Source of the DNA: a virus
Direction: 5' to 3' (one strand)
DNA: 34,585 nucleotides
IMG/VR virus record: IMGVR_UViG_3300045988_064981
Location: 1 to 34,585 of that record
In this document: in pieces, positions 7,132 to 15,750 of the stretch
Position numbering within the stretch: position 1 is the stretch's first letter
How the letters are laid out: the number at the start of each line of letters is the position of its first letter
The notes under the pieces: generated by a model
Databases searched by the model: none
What the model was told of the DNA's origin: nothing
What the model saw: the letters and a program-made list of their open reading frames with translations, nothing else
Made by a program: the position numbers and the translations under genes

Positions 7132-7662
7132 ATGGGACGACCGGCAAAATCTGTTGATGTGCTGACGAGCACCAAATCGTCGCACCTGACCAAGGACGAG
7201 ATCCGCACGCGCAAGGCGGCGGAAAGCGCCGGACTCTCCGGGACCAAGCTGCGCGAGCGCGCGGAGGTCAAGAGCGATCCGGTTGCGCACGCGGAATTTT
7301 TGCGCGTGTCCAGGTTACTGACAAAAGTCGGCAAGAACGACGCGATGTTTGAGCCGATCATCAACCGCTACTGTCAGCTGCAATCCGAGTGTGCAGCGTT
7401 TGAGGAAATGCGCGGAGAGTTTGAGGCAGACCTGAAAGAGCTGCGCGCGAATGTGGAAATCGAGGACGGGACGCGCTACCGGCTGAAAGCCAAGATGCAG
7501 GACGCGATCCTCAACGCCGACAAGCAGATCCAGCAGAAACGCAAGATGCTGTTTGACATCGAGCGCGAGTGCGGCATGACTGTCTCCTCCGCCGTCCGCA
7601 TCGTGCCGAAGGCCGCACCGAAGGAAACCAATCCGCTGTTGGAGATACTGGGTGGAGATTGA
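7132..7662 (+). CDS. terS: Terminase small subunit, P27 family-like
   Basis: SD GAAGGAGG, ATG at 7132. MGRPAKSVDVLTSTKSSHLTKDEIRTRKAAE...FEPIINRYCQL...MLFDIERECGMTVSS is typical of P27-type TerS. Confidence 0.8.
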   Translation: MGRPAKSVDVLTSTKSSHLTKDEIRTRKAAESAGLSGTKLRERAEVKSDPVAHAEFLRVSRLLTKVGKNDAMFEPIINRYCQLQSECAAFEEMRGEFEADLKELRANVEIEDGTRYRLKAKMQDAILNADKQIQQKRKMLFDIERECGMTVSSAVRIVPKAAPKETNPLLEILGGD

Positions 7663-9328
7663 GAGCAGCCGCGCGGCGGAGTACGCGCGCTGGTGCGTCG
7701 CGGAGACCGGCGGACAGGTGCCGCACTACGTCAAGCTGCAAGCGCGGCAATGGCTCGACATCCTCGAGGGCAAAGTGCCCGGTGCGCGTGTGGACGATGC
7801 GGCGTATAAGCGGGTGAGCAAACTACTGCGCCTGATGGTGCATCCCGACCTTGGCTGCCCCATGGCGGACGGACTCGAGGACTACGCGCACCTGCTCATC
7901 GCGGCAGTGTTTTGCACGAGGACGGACGACGGCGCGCGATACTACGAGACCGCCGTGCTCGAGATTGCGCGAAAGAATTTTAAGACGTTTAACAGTGCGG
8001 CGGTGTTTATTCTGCTGATGCTGACAGAGCCGCGCTTCTCCCGCTTTTTCTCGGTCGCACCGGACCTGAAGCTGTCCTCGGAGCTCAAAGTGGCGATCCG
8101 CAAGATCATCAAATCCTCGCCGCTGCTTGCAGACGACAGCGTCTTTAAGGTACTCCGCAGCGAGATCCGCTGCAAGCTGACCGACAGCGACTATACGCCG
8201 CTTGCGTACAGCAACGACAAGATGGACGGCAAGCTCGCCAATGCGTTCCTCGCGGATGAGGCGGGCGCGATGGACAGCTACCCGATTGAGGCTATGAGAT
8301 CCTCGCAGATCACGCTGCGCTCCAAGCTGGGCATCATCATCTCGACGCAGTACCCAAACGACGAAAACGCCATGATCGACGAGATCGACATCAGCAAAAA
8401 GGTGCTGGACGGGCTGCTCGAGGGGCGACGCTTTGCGCTGCTGTATGAGCCGGACAACGAGCTGCTGGGTGAGGATCACTGGCAGACCGACGACCGGGTG
8501 ATTTACCAGGCAAACCCGGTCACGATCAAAAACGAGAATATCTTCAAGGCCATCGCCGATATGCGGACGATGGCCATTTTGTATGAAAACAAGAGAGAGA
8601 ACTTTTTGTGCAAGCACTGCAACATCAAGTTTAAGGGGCTGGGCACAGAGGGCTATGTCGAGGTCTCAAGGGTGCAAGCGTGCCGGCGCGACGCGGATGA
8701 CAAATGGTGGCGCGGGCGGCGCGTGTGGCTGGGGCTCGACCTCTCACAGACCGACGATAACACGGCGGTTGCCATGGTCACGACGGAGGACAACAGGATC
8801 TATGCACGGGTGTGGGGATTTATTCCGGCAGCGCGAACGCTCCTGAAGTCCAAGCGCGAGGGCGTCAACTACGACCGCATGATCAAAGACGGCGTGTGCT
8901 TTGCGTGCGGCGATGAGGTCATCGACTACGGCGACGTGGAGCGCTGGATCATCGGGTTGCAGGAGCGGTACGGTGTGGAGGTCATGCAGATCGGCTACGA
9001 CCGATACAACGCAATCAGCACGGTGCAAAAACTGGAGGAGGAAGCGCTGGAATGCGTGGAGATCAAGCAGCACTCGTCCGTGCTGCACAGCCCGACCAAG
9101 TTGCTGCGCGAGCAGATCCTGAGCGGTGCGTTTGGCTACGACGCCAACCAGCTGCTTGAGATCAATTTTCAAAATGCCCGCTGCACGAAGGACACAAATA
9201 TGAATCTGTATGTCAACAAAAAGCGCAGCGCGGGCAAGGTCGATATGGTGGTTGCGCTGATCAACGCCGTGTACCTCGTGCAGCAGGAGATGCTGTACGG
9301 CAGCGGATTTGCGGCGCAGGTATTTTGA
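7652..9328 (+). CDS. terL: Terminase large subunit (Terminase_1-type)
   Basis: GTG at 7652 overlaps the terS stop. 558 aa. Walker-A-like EIARKNFKT, Walker-B-like AFLADEAGAMD, and a C-terminal nuclease-like region. Confidence 0.85.
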   Translation: MEIESSRAAEYARWCVAETGGQVPHYVKLQARQWLDILEGKVPGARVDDAAYKRVSKLLRLMVHPDLGCPMADGLEDYAHLLIAAVFCTRTDDGARYYETAVLEIARKNFKTFNSAAVFILLMLTEPRFSRFFSVAPDLKLSSELKVAIRKIIKSSPLLADDSVFKVLRSEIRCKLTDSDYTPLAYSNDKMDGKLANAFLADEAGAMDSYPIEAMRSSQITLRSKLGIIISTQYPNDENAMIDEIDISKKVLDGLLEGRRFALLYEPDNELLGEDHWQTDDRVIYQANPVTIKNENIFKAIADMRTMAILYENKRENFLCKHCNIKFKGLGTEGYVEVSRVQACRRDADDKWWRGRRVWLGLDLSQTDDNTAVAMVTTEDNRIYARVWGFIPAARTLLKSKREGVNYDRMIKDGVCFACGDEVIDYGDVERWIIGLQERYGVEVMQIGYDRYNAISTVQKLEEEALECVEIKQHSSVLHSPTKLLREQILSGAFGYDANQLLEINFQNARCTKDTNMNLYVNKKRSAGKVDMVVALINAVYLVQQEMLYGSGFAAQVF

Positions 9329-9340
9329 CGAGGTGAAACG

Positions 9341-11002
9341 ATGGGATGGATTAAACGAGTGCTCGGCCTCGAACGCCGGGCAACAGAGGTGGAAATCGAG
9401 AGCACGCTGCTGCAAAGCCTACTCGATGAATCGGATGTCACACGTGAAACAGCCTTGCAGGTGCCGACCATCAGCGGCGGGATTGACCTGCTCGGCGCGC
9501 TGGTGGCTAGTACGCCGATCAAGCTGTACCACGAGCACGACGGCAAGGCGCACGAGATTGTGGGCGATCCGCGCATCCGGTTGCTGAATGACGAGACCGG
9601 CGACACGCTCAACGCCAACGAGTTTTGGCGCGCGATGGTCCGGGACTACTACCTCGGCAAGGGTGGCTATGCGTACATCCAGCGCAGCGGGCTGAGCGTC
9701 ATCGGTCTGTACTATGTCGATGAGCGCAATATCAGCGTGGCACGCGGCGCGGACGCTATCTTTAAGGAGTACGACATCTTGGTGCAGGGAAAGCGCTACC
9801 TGCCGCACGACTTTTTGCGCATCCTCCGCAACACGCGGGACGGCGCAGAAGGAATCCCCATCACGCGCGAGAGCAAGACGCTGATCTCGACCGCGTACCA
9901 GACGCTGCTGCTTGAGCGCAAGCTCGCGCTCATGGGCGGCAACAAAAAGGGATTTATCCAGTCCGCGAAAAAGCTGACGCAGGAGGCCATCGAGCAGATC
10001 CGAAAATCGTGGAACGAGATCCACTCCAACAACGCCAGAGCCGACAACATCGTGGTGCTCAATGACGGCGTCACATTTAAGGAGTCCAGCGCGACGAGCG
10101 TCGAGTTGCAGCTCAACGAAAACAAGCGCACCAACGCGGATGAGTTTGCGAAGATCTTCCACGTGCCGTCGGGCATGATCGGCGGCACGGCAACGCAGTC
10201 GGACATTGCCAGCCTGGCGCGTCTGGCCGCGATCCCGCTGATGGAGGCCATCGAGTGCGCACTCAACCGCGACCTGCTGCTGGAGTCCGAAAAGGGCTCA
10301 CTGTATTTTGCGTTTGATACCAAGGAGCTGCTCAAGGCCGATATGCAGACGCGGTTTAATGCGTACAAGACCGCGCTGGACGCGAACTTTATGCAGATCG
10401 ACGAGGTGCGATTTGCCGAAGATCTCGACCCGCTCGGCCTGACGTGGATCAAGCTCGGCTTGCAGGATGTGCTGTACGACCCGCGCACCAAGCAGATTTA
10501 TACGCCCAACACCAATCAGACCACGCAAATGGACGAGCAGCCGTTGCCAACGGATGGAGACCGTGGTATAATGAATGAGCGGGCACAAAAGCGAAGAGAA
10601 AACGGCCAGTTTGGCGAGAGCGACGGCATGGGTGGAAAGGACTCCGGCGGGACTGGAGGACAAGGAAGTGCGGCAGAAGCGGAAGCCCCACCGAAAACGC
10701 GGAAACAGCCTAATGGTAGTATAGTGCTGGTAGCGGGTGAAAAGGAGCGCTATCGCAAAAATATCATTGGCACCAAGTGCGGCGATGGCGTGAAAATCAC
10801 GCGGTTTGGTAAGTCACACGTACTGGGAAGAATCGCGAAGCGAGGAATATCTCCAAAGCAGATAACGGATGCTCTGAAGGACAAACATCCGGACGCGTCA
10901 AAAACAATAGAGGGGAGATTTGCCTACAAAGACCCGAAGACGGGAGTGCGTGTTATTGTTGACCACAAGGACGGCGCAATCGTGACAGTCACCAACGAAT
11001 AG
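9341..11002 (+). CDS. HK97-family portal protein with a ~168-aa C-terminal extension (Gly-rich linker plus small toxin-like domain)
   Basis: The N-terminal ~385 aa are portal-like (position after TerL; ...PTISGGIDLLGALVASTPIKLY...). The extension contains GESDGMGGKDSGGTGGQGSAAEAEA and then SHVLGRIAKRGISPKQITDAL...GVRVIVDHKDGAIVTVT. Confidence 0.85.
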   Translation: MGWIKRVLGLERRATEVEIESTLLQSLLDESDVTRETALQVPTISGGIDLLGALVASTPIKLYHEHDGKAHEIVGDPRIRLLNDETGDTLNANEFWRAMVRDYYLGKGGYAYIQRSGLSVIGLYYVDERNISVARGADAIFKEYDILVQGKRYLPHDFLRILRNTRDGAEGIPITRESKTLISTAYQTLLLERKLALMGGNKKGFIQSAKKLTQEAIEQIRKSWNEIHSNNARADNIVVLNDGVTFKESSATSVELQLNENKRTNADEFAKIFHVPSGMIGGTATQSDIASLARLAAIPLMEAIECALNRDLLLESEKGSLYFAFDTKELLKADMQTRFNAYKTALDANFMQIDEVRFAEDLDPLGLTWIKLGLQDVLYDPRTKQIYTPNTNQTTQMDEQPLPTDGDRGIMNERAQKRRENGQFGESDGMGGKDSGGTGGQGSAAEAEAPPKTRKQPNGSIVLVAGEKERYRKNIIGTKCGDGVKITRFGKSHVLGRIAKRGISPKQITDALKDKHPDASKTIEGRFAYKDPKTGVRVIVDHKDGAIVTVTNE

Positions 11003-11013
11003 AGGGGTGTAAT

Positions 11014-11283
11014 GTGTTTGACAAAGAGATGTTCACGCCGGAGGAACGCGCGTGGATTAAGGACGAAATAAAAATCGATCTCGACCGCCAAGAATTTACA
11101 CAAGAGGTAATGAACAATATCTGGTGGGGAGCGATCGACATCGAATGCGACGAAGCAGAGCTGGAGGATGAAAGATATGCGGACGTTGATACGGATGCAG
11201 ATGATTTTGTCCCGGAGGAAACGGACCGCATAAAAATGGCTTGCAGAATTGTCGATAAGACGAACGCGAAATGCACGATATAA
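11014..11283 (+). CDS. Small highly acidic protein (89 aa), candidate immunity/antitoxin partner
   Basis: GTG at 11014 (or ATG at 11029). 27 D/E versus 11 K/R. GC is lower than the flanks. It is followed directly by an intrinsic terminator. Confidence 0.6.
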   Translation: MFDKEMFTPEERAWIKDEIKIDLDRQEFTQEVMNNIWWGAIDIECDEAELEDERYADVDTDADDFVPEETDRIKMACRIVDKTNAKCTI

Positions 11284-11301
11284 GCCAACAATAAAACCGA
11301 A

Positions 11302-11331
11302 AGCATCTTGAGAAATCAAGGTGCTTTTTTG
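11302..11331 (+). terminator. Rho-independent terminator inside the head operon
   Basis: agcatcttga-gaaa-tcaaggtgct forms a 10-bp stem (one G-U), followed by ttttttgtt. Confidence 0.75.
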
Positions 11332-11354
11332 TTGCCAGGAAAAGGAGTGAGAGC

Positions 11355-11948
11355 ATGAGAATTGAGATCCGCGCCGATGGGGCGCATATCTCCGGGTATG
11401 TCAATGCCACGGAGAAAAAGAGCAATCCGGTCATGACGCCGCACGGACGGGTAGTCGAAGAGATCGAGCCGCGCGCGTTTGCGGAGGCGCTGGAACGGGC
11501 ACAGGACGTGCCGCTGACGGTGGACCATACGGAAAAGGTGTATGCGTCTACCGGGGCGGGTACGATGGAGCTACGTGAGGACGGCATCGGCCTGCACGCG
11601 GACGCGACCGTTACCGATCCCGTGCTGATCGACGCGGCGCGCGGTGGGAAGATCCGTGGCTGGTCCTTTGGGATGTACAACGTGCAGGACGAGATCGAGC
11701 AGCGGGCGGACGACGTGCCACTGCGCAAAATCAAGGCTCTGGACCTTGACCATGTGACGCTTGTGATTGACAAGCGCCCTGTGTACAGCGCGACCTCGGT
11801 TGAGGTGCGCGCGGATGCGGAGGCGGTCGTGGAGACCCGCGCCGCATATGGAGACGCACAGATCGTGGACAATGTGCCGCGATTTGATAACTCGGCCTAC
11901 CGCGCACGCGTGGAGGCCATCAAAGATGTGAAGGAGGCAAACGAATGA
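11355..11948 (+). CDS. HK97-family prohead protease
   Basis: SD AAAGGAG. ISGYVNATEK...EIEPRAFAEAL...VPLTVDHT...LREDGIGLHADATV...GWSFGM pattern. It lies between portal and capsid. Confidence 0.8.
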   Translation: MRIEIRADGAHISGYVNATEKKSNPVMTPHGRVVEEIEPRAFAEALERAQDVPLTVDHTEKVYASTGAGTMELREDGIGLHADATVTDPVLIDAARGGKIRGWSFGMYNVQDEIEQRADDVPLRKIKALDLDHVTLVIDKRPVYSATSVEVRADAEAVVETRAAYGDAQIVDNVPRFDNSAYRARVEAIKDVKEANE

Positions 11949-13105
11949 AGAACCTGAAAGCACTGGTCGAGCGCCGTGCAAAGCTGCGCGGCGACATGAC
12001 CGCCATGGTCGAAAAGGCCGACACGGAAAAGCGCGCGCTGTCCGAAGAGGAGGCCGCTGCGTTCGACAAAGCCGAGGCGGAGATCAAGGCACTCGACGAG
12101 ACCATTGCGCGTATCAAGCGGATGCGCGACATCCCCGACGAGCCCGATGAGCCGCAGGGCGGCGAGGGCGGCGCGGACACGCTGTCCGAGGAGGAGCGCG
12201 CCTTTGCGGACTACGTCACCGGCAAGGTGACGGAGTTGCGTGCCGGCGAACAGAACGTGACCATGGGCAACAACGGCGCGATCATCCCCACGAGCATTGC
12301 GGACAAGATCATCAAAAAGATCAAGGACGTGTGCCCCATCCTTGAACGCGCGACCATGTACAACGTCAAGGGCACGCTCAAGGTCCCCGTCTGGGGCAAG
12401 GCCAACACCACCCACGACATCGCCGTGGGCTACCAGACCGAGTTTACCGACATCACCGCCGATGCGGGCAAATTTACCAGCATCGACCTGTCCGGCTATC
12501 TTGCCGGCGCGCTGGTGCTGATCGGCCGCTCTGTTGAAAACAACGGTGCGTTTAGCGTGGTCGATTTTATCACCACGCAGATTGCCGAGGAGGTTGCGGC
12601 GTGGATCGAGGGCCAGCTGCTGACCGGCACCGGCACGTCCGCCGCGCAGGGCGCGCTGAACTGCGACAACACCCTGACTGCCGCGGGTGCGACCGCCATC
12701 ACCGCCGACGAGCTGATTGAGCTCCAGTCCAAGGTCAAGCAGGCGTACCAGGGCGACGCGATCTGGATTATGAATCCTGCCACCTTTACGGCGATCAAAA
12801 AGCTCAAGGACAGCAACAACCGCTACCTGCTCCAGGACGATATCACCGGGGATTTCCCCTTCCGCTTGCTGGGCAAGCCGGTTTATCTGTCCGACAACAT
12901 GCCTGCCGTCGCCGCGTCTGCTAAGACGATCCTCTACGGCGACATGCGCGGCCTGTCCGTCAATTTCCGCGAAAACATCTCGGTCGAGGTCCTGCGCGAA
13001 AAGTACGCCACCCAGCACGCGCTGGGCGTTGTGACCTGGTTTGAGTTTGACTCCAAGGTGACGGACAACCAGCGCATGGCGGTGCTGGTGCAGAAAGAGT
13101 CCTAA
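11945..13105 (+). CDS. Major capsid protein, HK97 family
   Basis: ATGA overlap with the protease gene. N-terminal coiled-coil delta-like region (KALVERRAKLRGDMTAMVEKADTEKRALSEEE). 386 aa. Confidence 0.85.
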   Translation: MKNLKALVERRAKLRGDMTAMVEKADTEKRALSEEEAAAFDKAEAEIKALDETIARIKRMRDIPDEPDEPQGGEGGADTLSEEERAFADYVTGKVTELRAGEQNVTMGNNGAIIPTSIADKIIKKIKDVCPILERATMYNVKGTLKVPVWGKANTTHDIAVGYQTEFTDITADAGKFTSIDLSGYLAGALVLIGRSVENNGAFSVVDFITTQIAEEVAAWIEGQLLTGTGTSAAQGALNCDNTLTAAGATAITADELIELQSKVKQAYQGDAIWIMNPATFTAIKKLKDSNNRYLLQDDITGDFPFRLLGKPVYLSDNMPAVAASAKTILYGDMRGLSVNFRENISVEVLREKYATQHALGVVTWFEFDSKVTDNQRMAVLVQKES

Positions 13106-13120
13106 CGGAGGGGGCAAAAA

Positions 13121-13408
13121 ATGAAGCTGAGCGAGATTACCGCCCAGCTGGTGAAGCGATACGCGCACATTGACGGCAACGAGGATGATGAGCTCATCGA
13201 GCAGGTCATCCTCCCTGCCGCGCGGGCGTATGTGCTGAGCTATACCGGGCAGACCGCAGGGGCGGCGGACGAAATCCCAGATCTGGCCGTTGCGTGCCTG
13301 GCGCTGAGCTGCCACCTGTACGATCACAGGGACATGTCGGAGGACAAGGCACAGATCAACGCAGTGATGGACGGCATCCTCGGGATGCATGCACTCAACT
13401 ACCTGTAA
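13121..13408 (+). CDS. Head-tail connector (gp6-like)
   Basis: MKLSEITAQLVKRYAHIDGNEDDELIEQVILPAARAYVLSYTG is typical of gp6-like connectors. It follows the capsid gene. Confidence 0.7.
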   Translation: MKLSEITAQLVKRYAHIDGNEDDELIEQVILPAARAYVLSYTGQTAGAADEIPDLAVACLALSCHLYDHRDMSEDKAQINAVMDGILGMHALNYL

Positions 13409-13420
13409 GGAGGCATTGAC

Positions 13421-13789
13421 ATGGCATTTACCGCGCCGAATCCCGGCCGGATGCGCTGGCGGGTTACGATCGCAAAGGACACAACAGACACGCTGGACGC
13501 GGACGGCTATCCGACAGCGGGAATGCAGACGATCTGCGAGGGACGCGCGGCACGGATCGAGGCCGGGTATGGATTTGACACCGCCCAGCGCGATGAAGCG
13601 CAGCACGTCCAGCAGCGCACGGTGACAATACGCTACCTTGCGGGAGTAGACGAGACCTGCCGTGTCTATATCCACGGTGACGGGGACAAGGCGCAGGATC
13701 ACGCATGGTGGAAGGTCATTGGCCTGTACGATCCGACCGGGAGCAAGAGCTGGCTCTCGGTGACGATTGAGAGGGTGGTTGCACAATGA
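13421..13789 (+). CDS. Head-closure / head-tail adaptor protein
   Basis: The MRWRVTI...DADGYP...RTVTIRY pattern fits the head-tail joining family. Synteny supports the call. Confidence 0.65.
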   Translation: MAFTAPNPGRMRWRVTIAKDTTDTLDADGYPTAGMQTICEGRAARIEAGYGFDTAQRDEAQHVQQRTVTIRYLAGVDETCRVYIHGDGDKAQDHAWWKVIGLYDPTGSKSWLSVTIERVVAQ

Positions 13790-14124
13790 GCGTCAATGAG
13801 ATCATTCGCGGCGCGCTTGCGCCGACCGGGCTGACGTGCGTGCCGGACACGCACGTCCCCGGCGCGGGAACGTATTACACCTTTGCAGTGGACACGGTCC
13901 CGGCGGCGTGGGGCAACAACAGCCCGGACGCGGAGATTTGCAGCGTGTCGGTGCATCTGTGGGGGCCGTCCAAGGACAACCTGCTGGCGCTGCGTGCGAA
14001 AACGCGCCGTCTGCTGCACAACGCGGGGATGACGTGGCCAAGCGAGATCGACGCGAGCGACGAGGACGGGCAGCACTATCTGTATGAGTGCCAGGTCTTG
14101 CAGCCGGTCCCACAGGAGGCGTGA
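13786..14124 (+). CDS. Neck/tail-completion region protein (112 aa)
   Basis: ATGA coupling and position between adaptor and gp10-like genes. No firm motif. Confidence 0.55.
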   Translation: MSVNEIIRGALAPTGLTCVPDTHVPGAGTYYTFAVDTVPAAWGNNSPDAEICSVSVHLWGPSKDNLLALRAKTRRLLHNAGMTWPSEIDASDEDGQHYLYECQVLQPVPQEA

Positions 14125-14125
14125 A

Positions 14126-14560
14126 ATGGCGAAGCTCAATGTAGACTCCGCAAAGCGCGAGCTGGAGTCCGTGCTTGCACTGACGCAGGACATGTCGATG
14201 CTGCCGGCAGAGGTGCAGGACGCGATGCTGCAAGCGGAGGCCGAAGTGGTCTACCGCGCGCAGCATGAGTCCGCACTCAAGGATCTGGATGAGAGAGGTT
14301 ACAGCACGGGCGCGACGGCGGCGGCACTCGCCATCGACAAGCCCAAGGGCGGCAAAACGCGCTCCATCTCCATTGTATTTAAGGGCAAGCGCGGCGCGGG
14401 AAAGGCGAGGCGCTCCACATCCACAGTGGCATTTTTTAACGAGTTTGGCTCGAAGAGAATCCATGCGCGGAAGTGGATACAGAAGGCCAACGAGAGGAGC
14501 GCGGACGAAGCGGTGAAGGCCGCGATGAAGGTATACGATAACTGGCTCAACAGCCATTGA
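14126..14560 (+). CDS. HK97 gp10-family tail-completion protein
   Basis: The ATG at 14126 overlaps the upstream stop. VAFFNEFGSKRIHARKWIQKA resembles the gp10-family motif. Confidence 0.6.
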   Translation: MAKLNVDSAKRELESVLALTQDMSMLPAEVQDAMLQAEAEVVYRAQHESALKDLDERGYSTGATAAALAIDKPKGGKTRSISIVFKGKRGAGKARRSTSTVAFFNEFGSKRIHARKWIQKANERSADEAVKAAMKVYDNWLNSH

Positions 14561-14572
14561 AAGGAGTAAAGC

Positions 14573-15160
14573 ATGGCAAGATACGGTGCAAAATATGTCA
14601 AATGGGCGCCTTACAAGACGGCGGACAGCTCGTCCGCCGCGCCCGTGTATGACAACAGCAAAGCGGTCGAACTATCCGAGCTGACGACCGCCAACTGGAC
14701 GCCCACCATTGCGAGCGGCCAGCAGTACGGCAGCAACATCAAGGTTGAGGACATCTCGCAGGTCAAGGGCGGCACGCTGGCGCTGGAAGTGACCGACCTG
14801 CCCGAGGCGGCGCGCATTGCGATCTACGGCAACAAGCAGGACAGCGAGTCTGCCGCGACCAAGTCCGTGCAGGGCGCGGAAGACGAACCGCCCTACGGCG
14901 GAGTTGTGTACATCAAGTGCGGCGTGCGCAACGGTGTGTATTACTGGGAGGGGTATTTTTACCCCAAGTGCAAGGCGGTGCCGACGGCGGACGGCGTGCA
15001 GACTGGCAACAGCTCCATTACGCTGACCGGCGACAGCCTGAGTCTGTCCGTATTCCCGCGGCTCAACGACCAGGGCGTGAGGGAGATCTCCAAGCGCTTT
15101 GACACGGAGGCCGCTGCCGTCACCTGGTGCAACACGCAGCTGGGCATCACCGGGGGCTGA
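14573..15160 (+). CDS. Major tail protein (phi13-family-like)
   Basis: SD AAAGGAG. 195 aa. It lies immediately before the chaperone and tape measure genes and is followed by a strong terminator/attenuator. Confidence 0.75.
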   Translation: MARYGAKYVKWAPYKTADSSSAAPVYDNSKAVELSELTTANWTPTIASGQQYGSNIKVEDISQVKGGTLALEVTDLPEAARIAIYGNKQDSESAATKSVQGAEDEPPYGGVVYIKCGVRNGVYYWEGYFYPKCKAVPTADGVQTGNSSITLTGDSLSLSVFPRLNDQGVREISKRFDTEAAAVTWCNTQLGITGG

Positions 15161-15172
15161 TGAGACACGGAG

Positions 15173-15204
15173 GCGGGCAGGGATATCCCTGCCCGCTATT
15201 TTTG
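15173..15204 (+). terminator. Intrinsic terminator/attenuator after the major tail gene
   Basis: 24-nt perfect palindrome GCGGGCAGGGATATCCCTGCCCGC followed by TATTTTTG. Confidence 0.75.
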
Positions 15205-15226
15205 AATATAAACGGGGAGGATCGAG

Positions 15227-15619
15227 ATGAAAGAGGTAACTGTGAGGGTTGCGGGGCAGGAGATCCCGCTGTATTACAACGGCTATGCGATGTACGCCGT
15301 GCGCGATCTGCTGGGTGAGGAAAAAATCTATGATGTATTGGCGCAGGACACACCGGAGGCGTTTGAAAAAACGTGCGAGATTGCGTCGATCCTTGCCACG
15401 CAGGGCGAATTATACCGCCGCTACATCGGCATGGACAAGGGGCACATCCTCTCCGCGCAGGTGCTGCGGCTGATCCTCCGCCCGGCGGACATGGTGGCGC
15501 TGCGCAAGGCGATCATGGACGCATTTGTGGCGGGGATGCAGGCGGAGCAGCCGGAGGACGCGGACGTTGACCTCGGTTTGCAGGAGCTGGACGCAAAAAA
15601 GAGCAAAAAAAAAGGCTGA
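15227..15619 (+). CDS. Tail assembly chaperone, short form (gpG-like)
   Basis: SD GGGGAGGA. It lies between the major tail and tape measure genes and ends in ...DAKKSKKKG within an A-rich slippery tract. Confidence 0.8.
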   Translation: MKEVTVRVAGQEIPLYYNGYAMYAVRDLLGEEKIYDVLAQDTPEAFEKTCEIASILATQGELYRRYIGMDKGHILSAQVLRLILRPADMVALRKAIMDAFVAGMQAEQPEDADVDLGLQELDAKKSKKKG

Positions 15620-15750
15620 CGCGCGCTGAATACATCCACTTGGGGCTGCTGCTCGGGCTGGACCCGCGCACGACCCTGATGATGCGCCCCGGCGAGGTTG
15701 CGGAGCTCGCCCAGCTGCGCGCGCCGCGGGAGAAAGGTGAGGACAGATGA
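15227..15750 (+). CDS. Tail assembly chaperone, long form (G-T-like), by -1 programmed frameshift in the A9 run 15605..15613
   Basis: The -1 frame from 15613 reads RLTRAEYIHLGLLLGLDPRTTLMMRPGEVAELAQLRAPREKGEDR and stops at 15750, overlapping the tape measure ATG (ATGA). Confidence 0.7.

Noticed and set aside
11897-13786. 629-aa ORF on the - strand, the longest minus-strand ORF over the head genes
   Set aside because: It lies antisense to the well-supported protease, major capsid, connector and adaptor genes. The translation is Arg/Gly/Ala/Leu/His-rich low complexity with no SD. This is a typical shadow ORF of GC-rich coding DNA.
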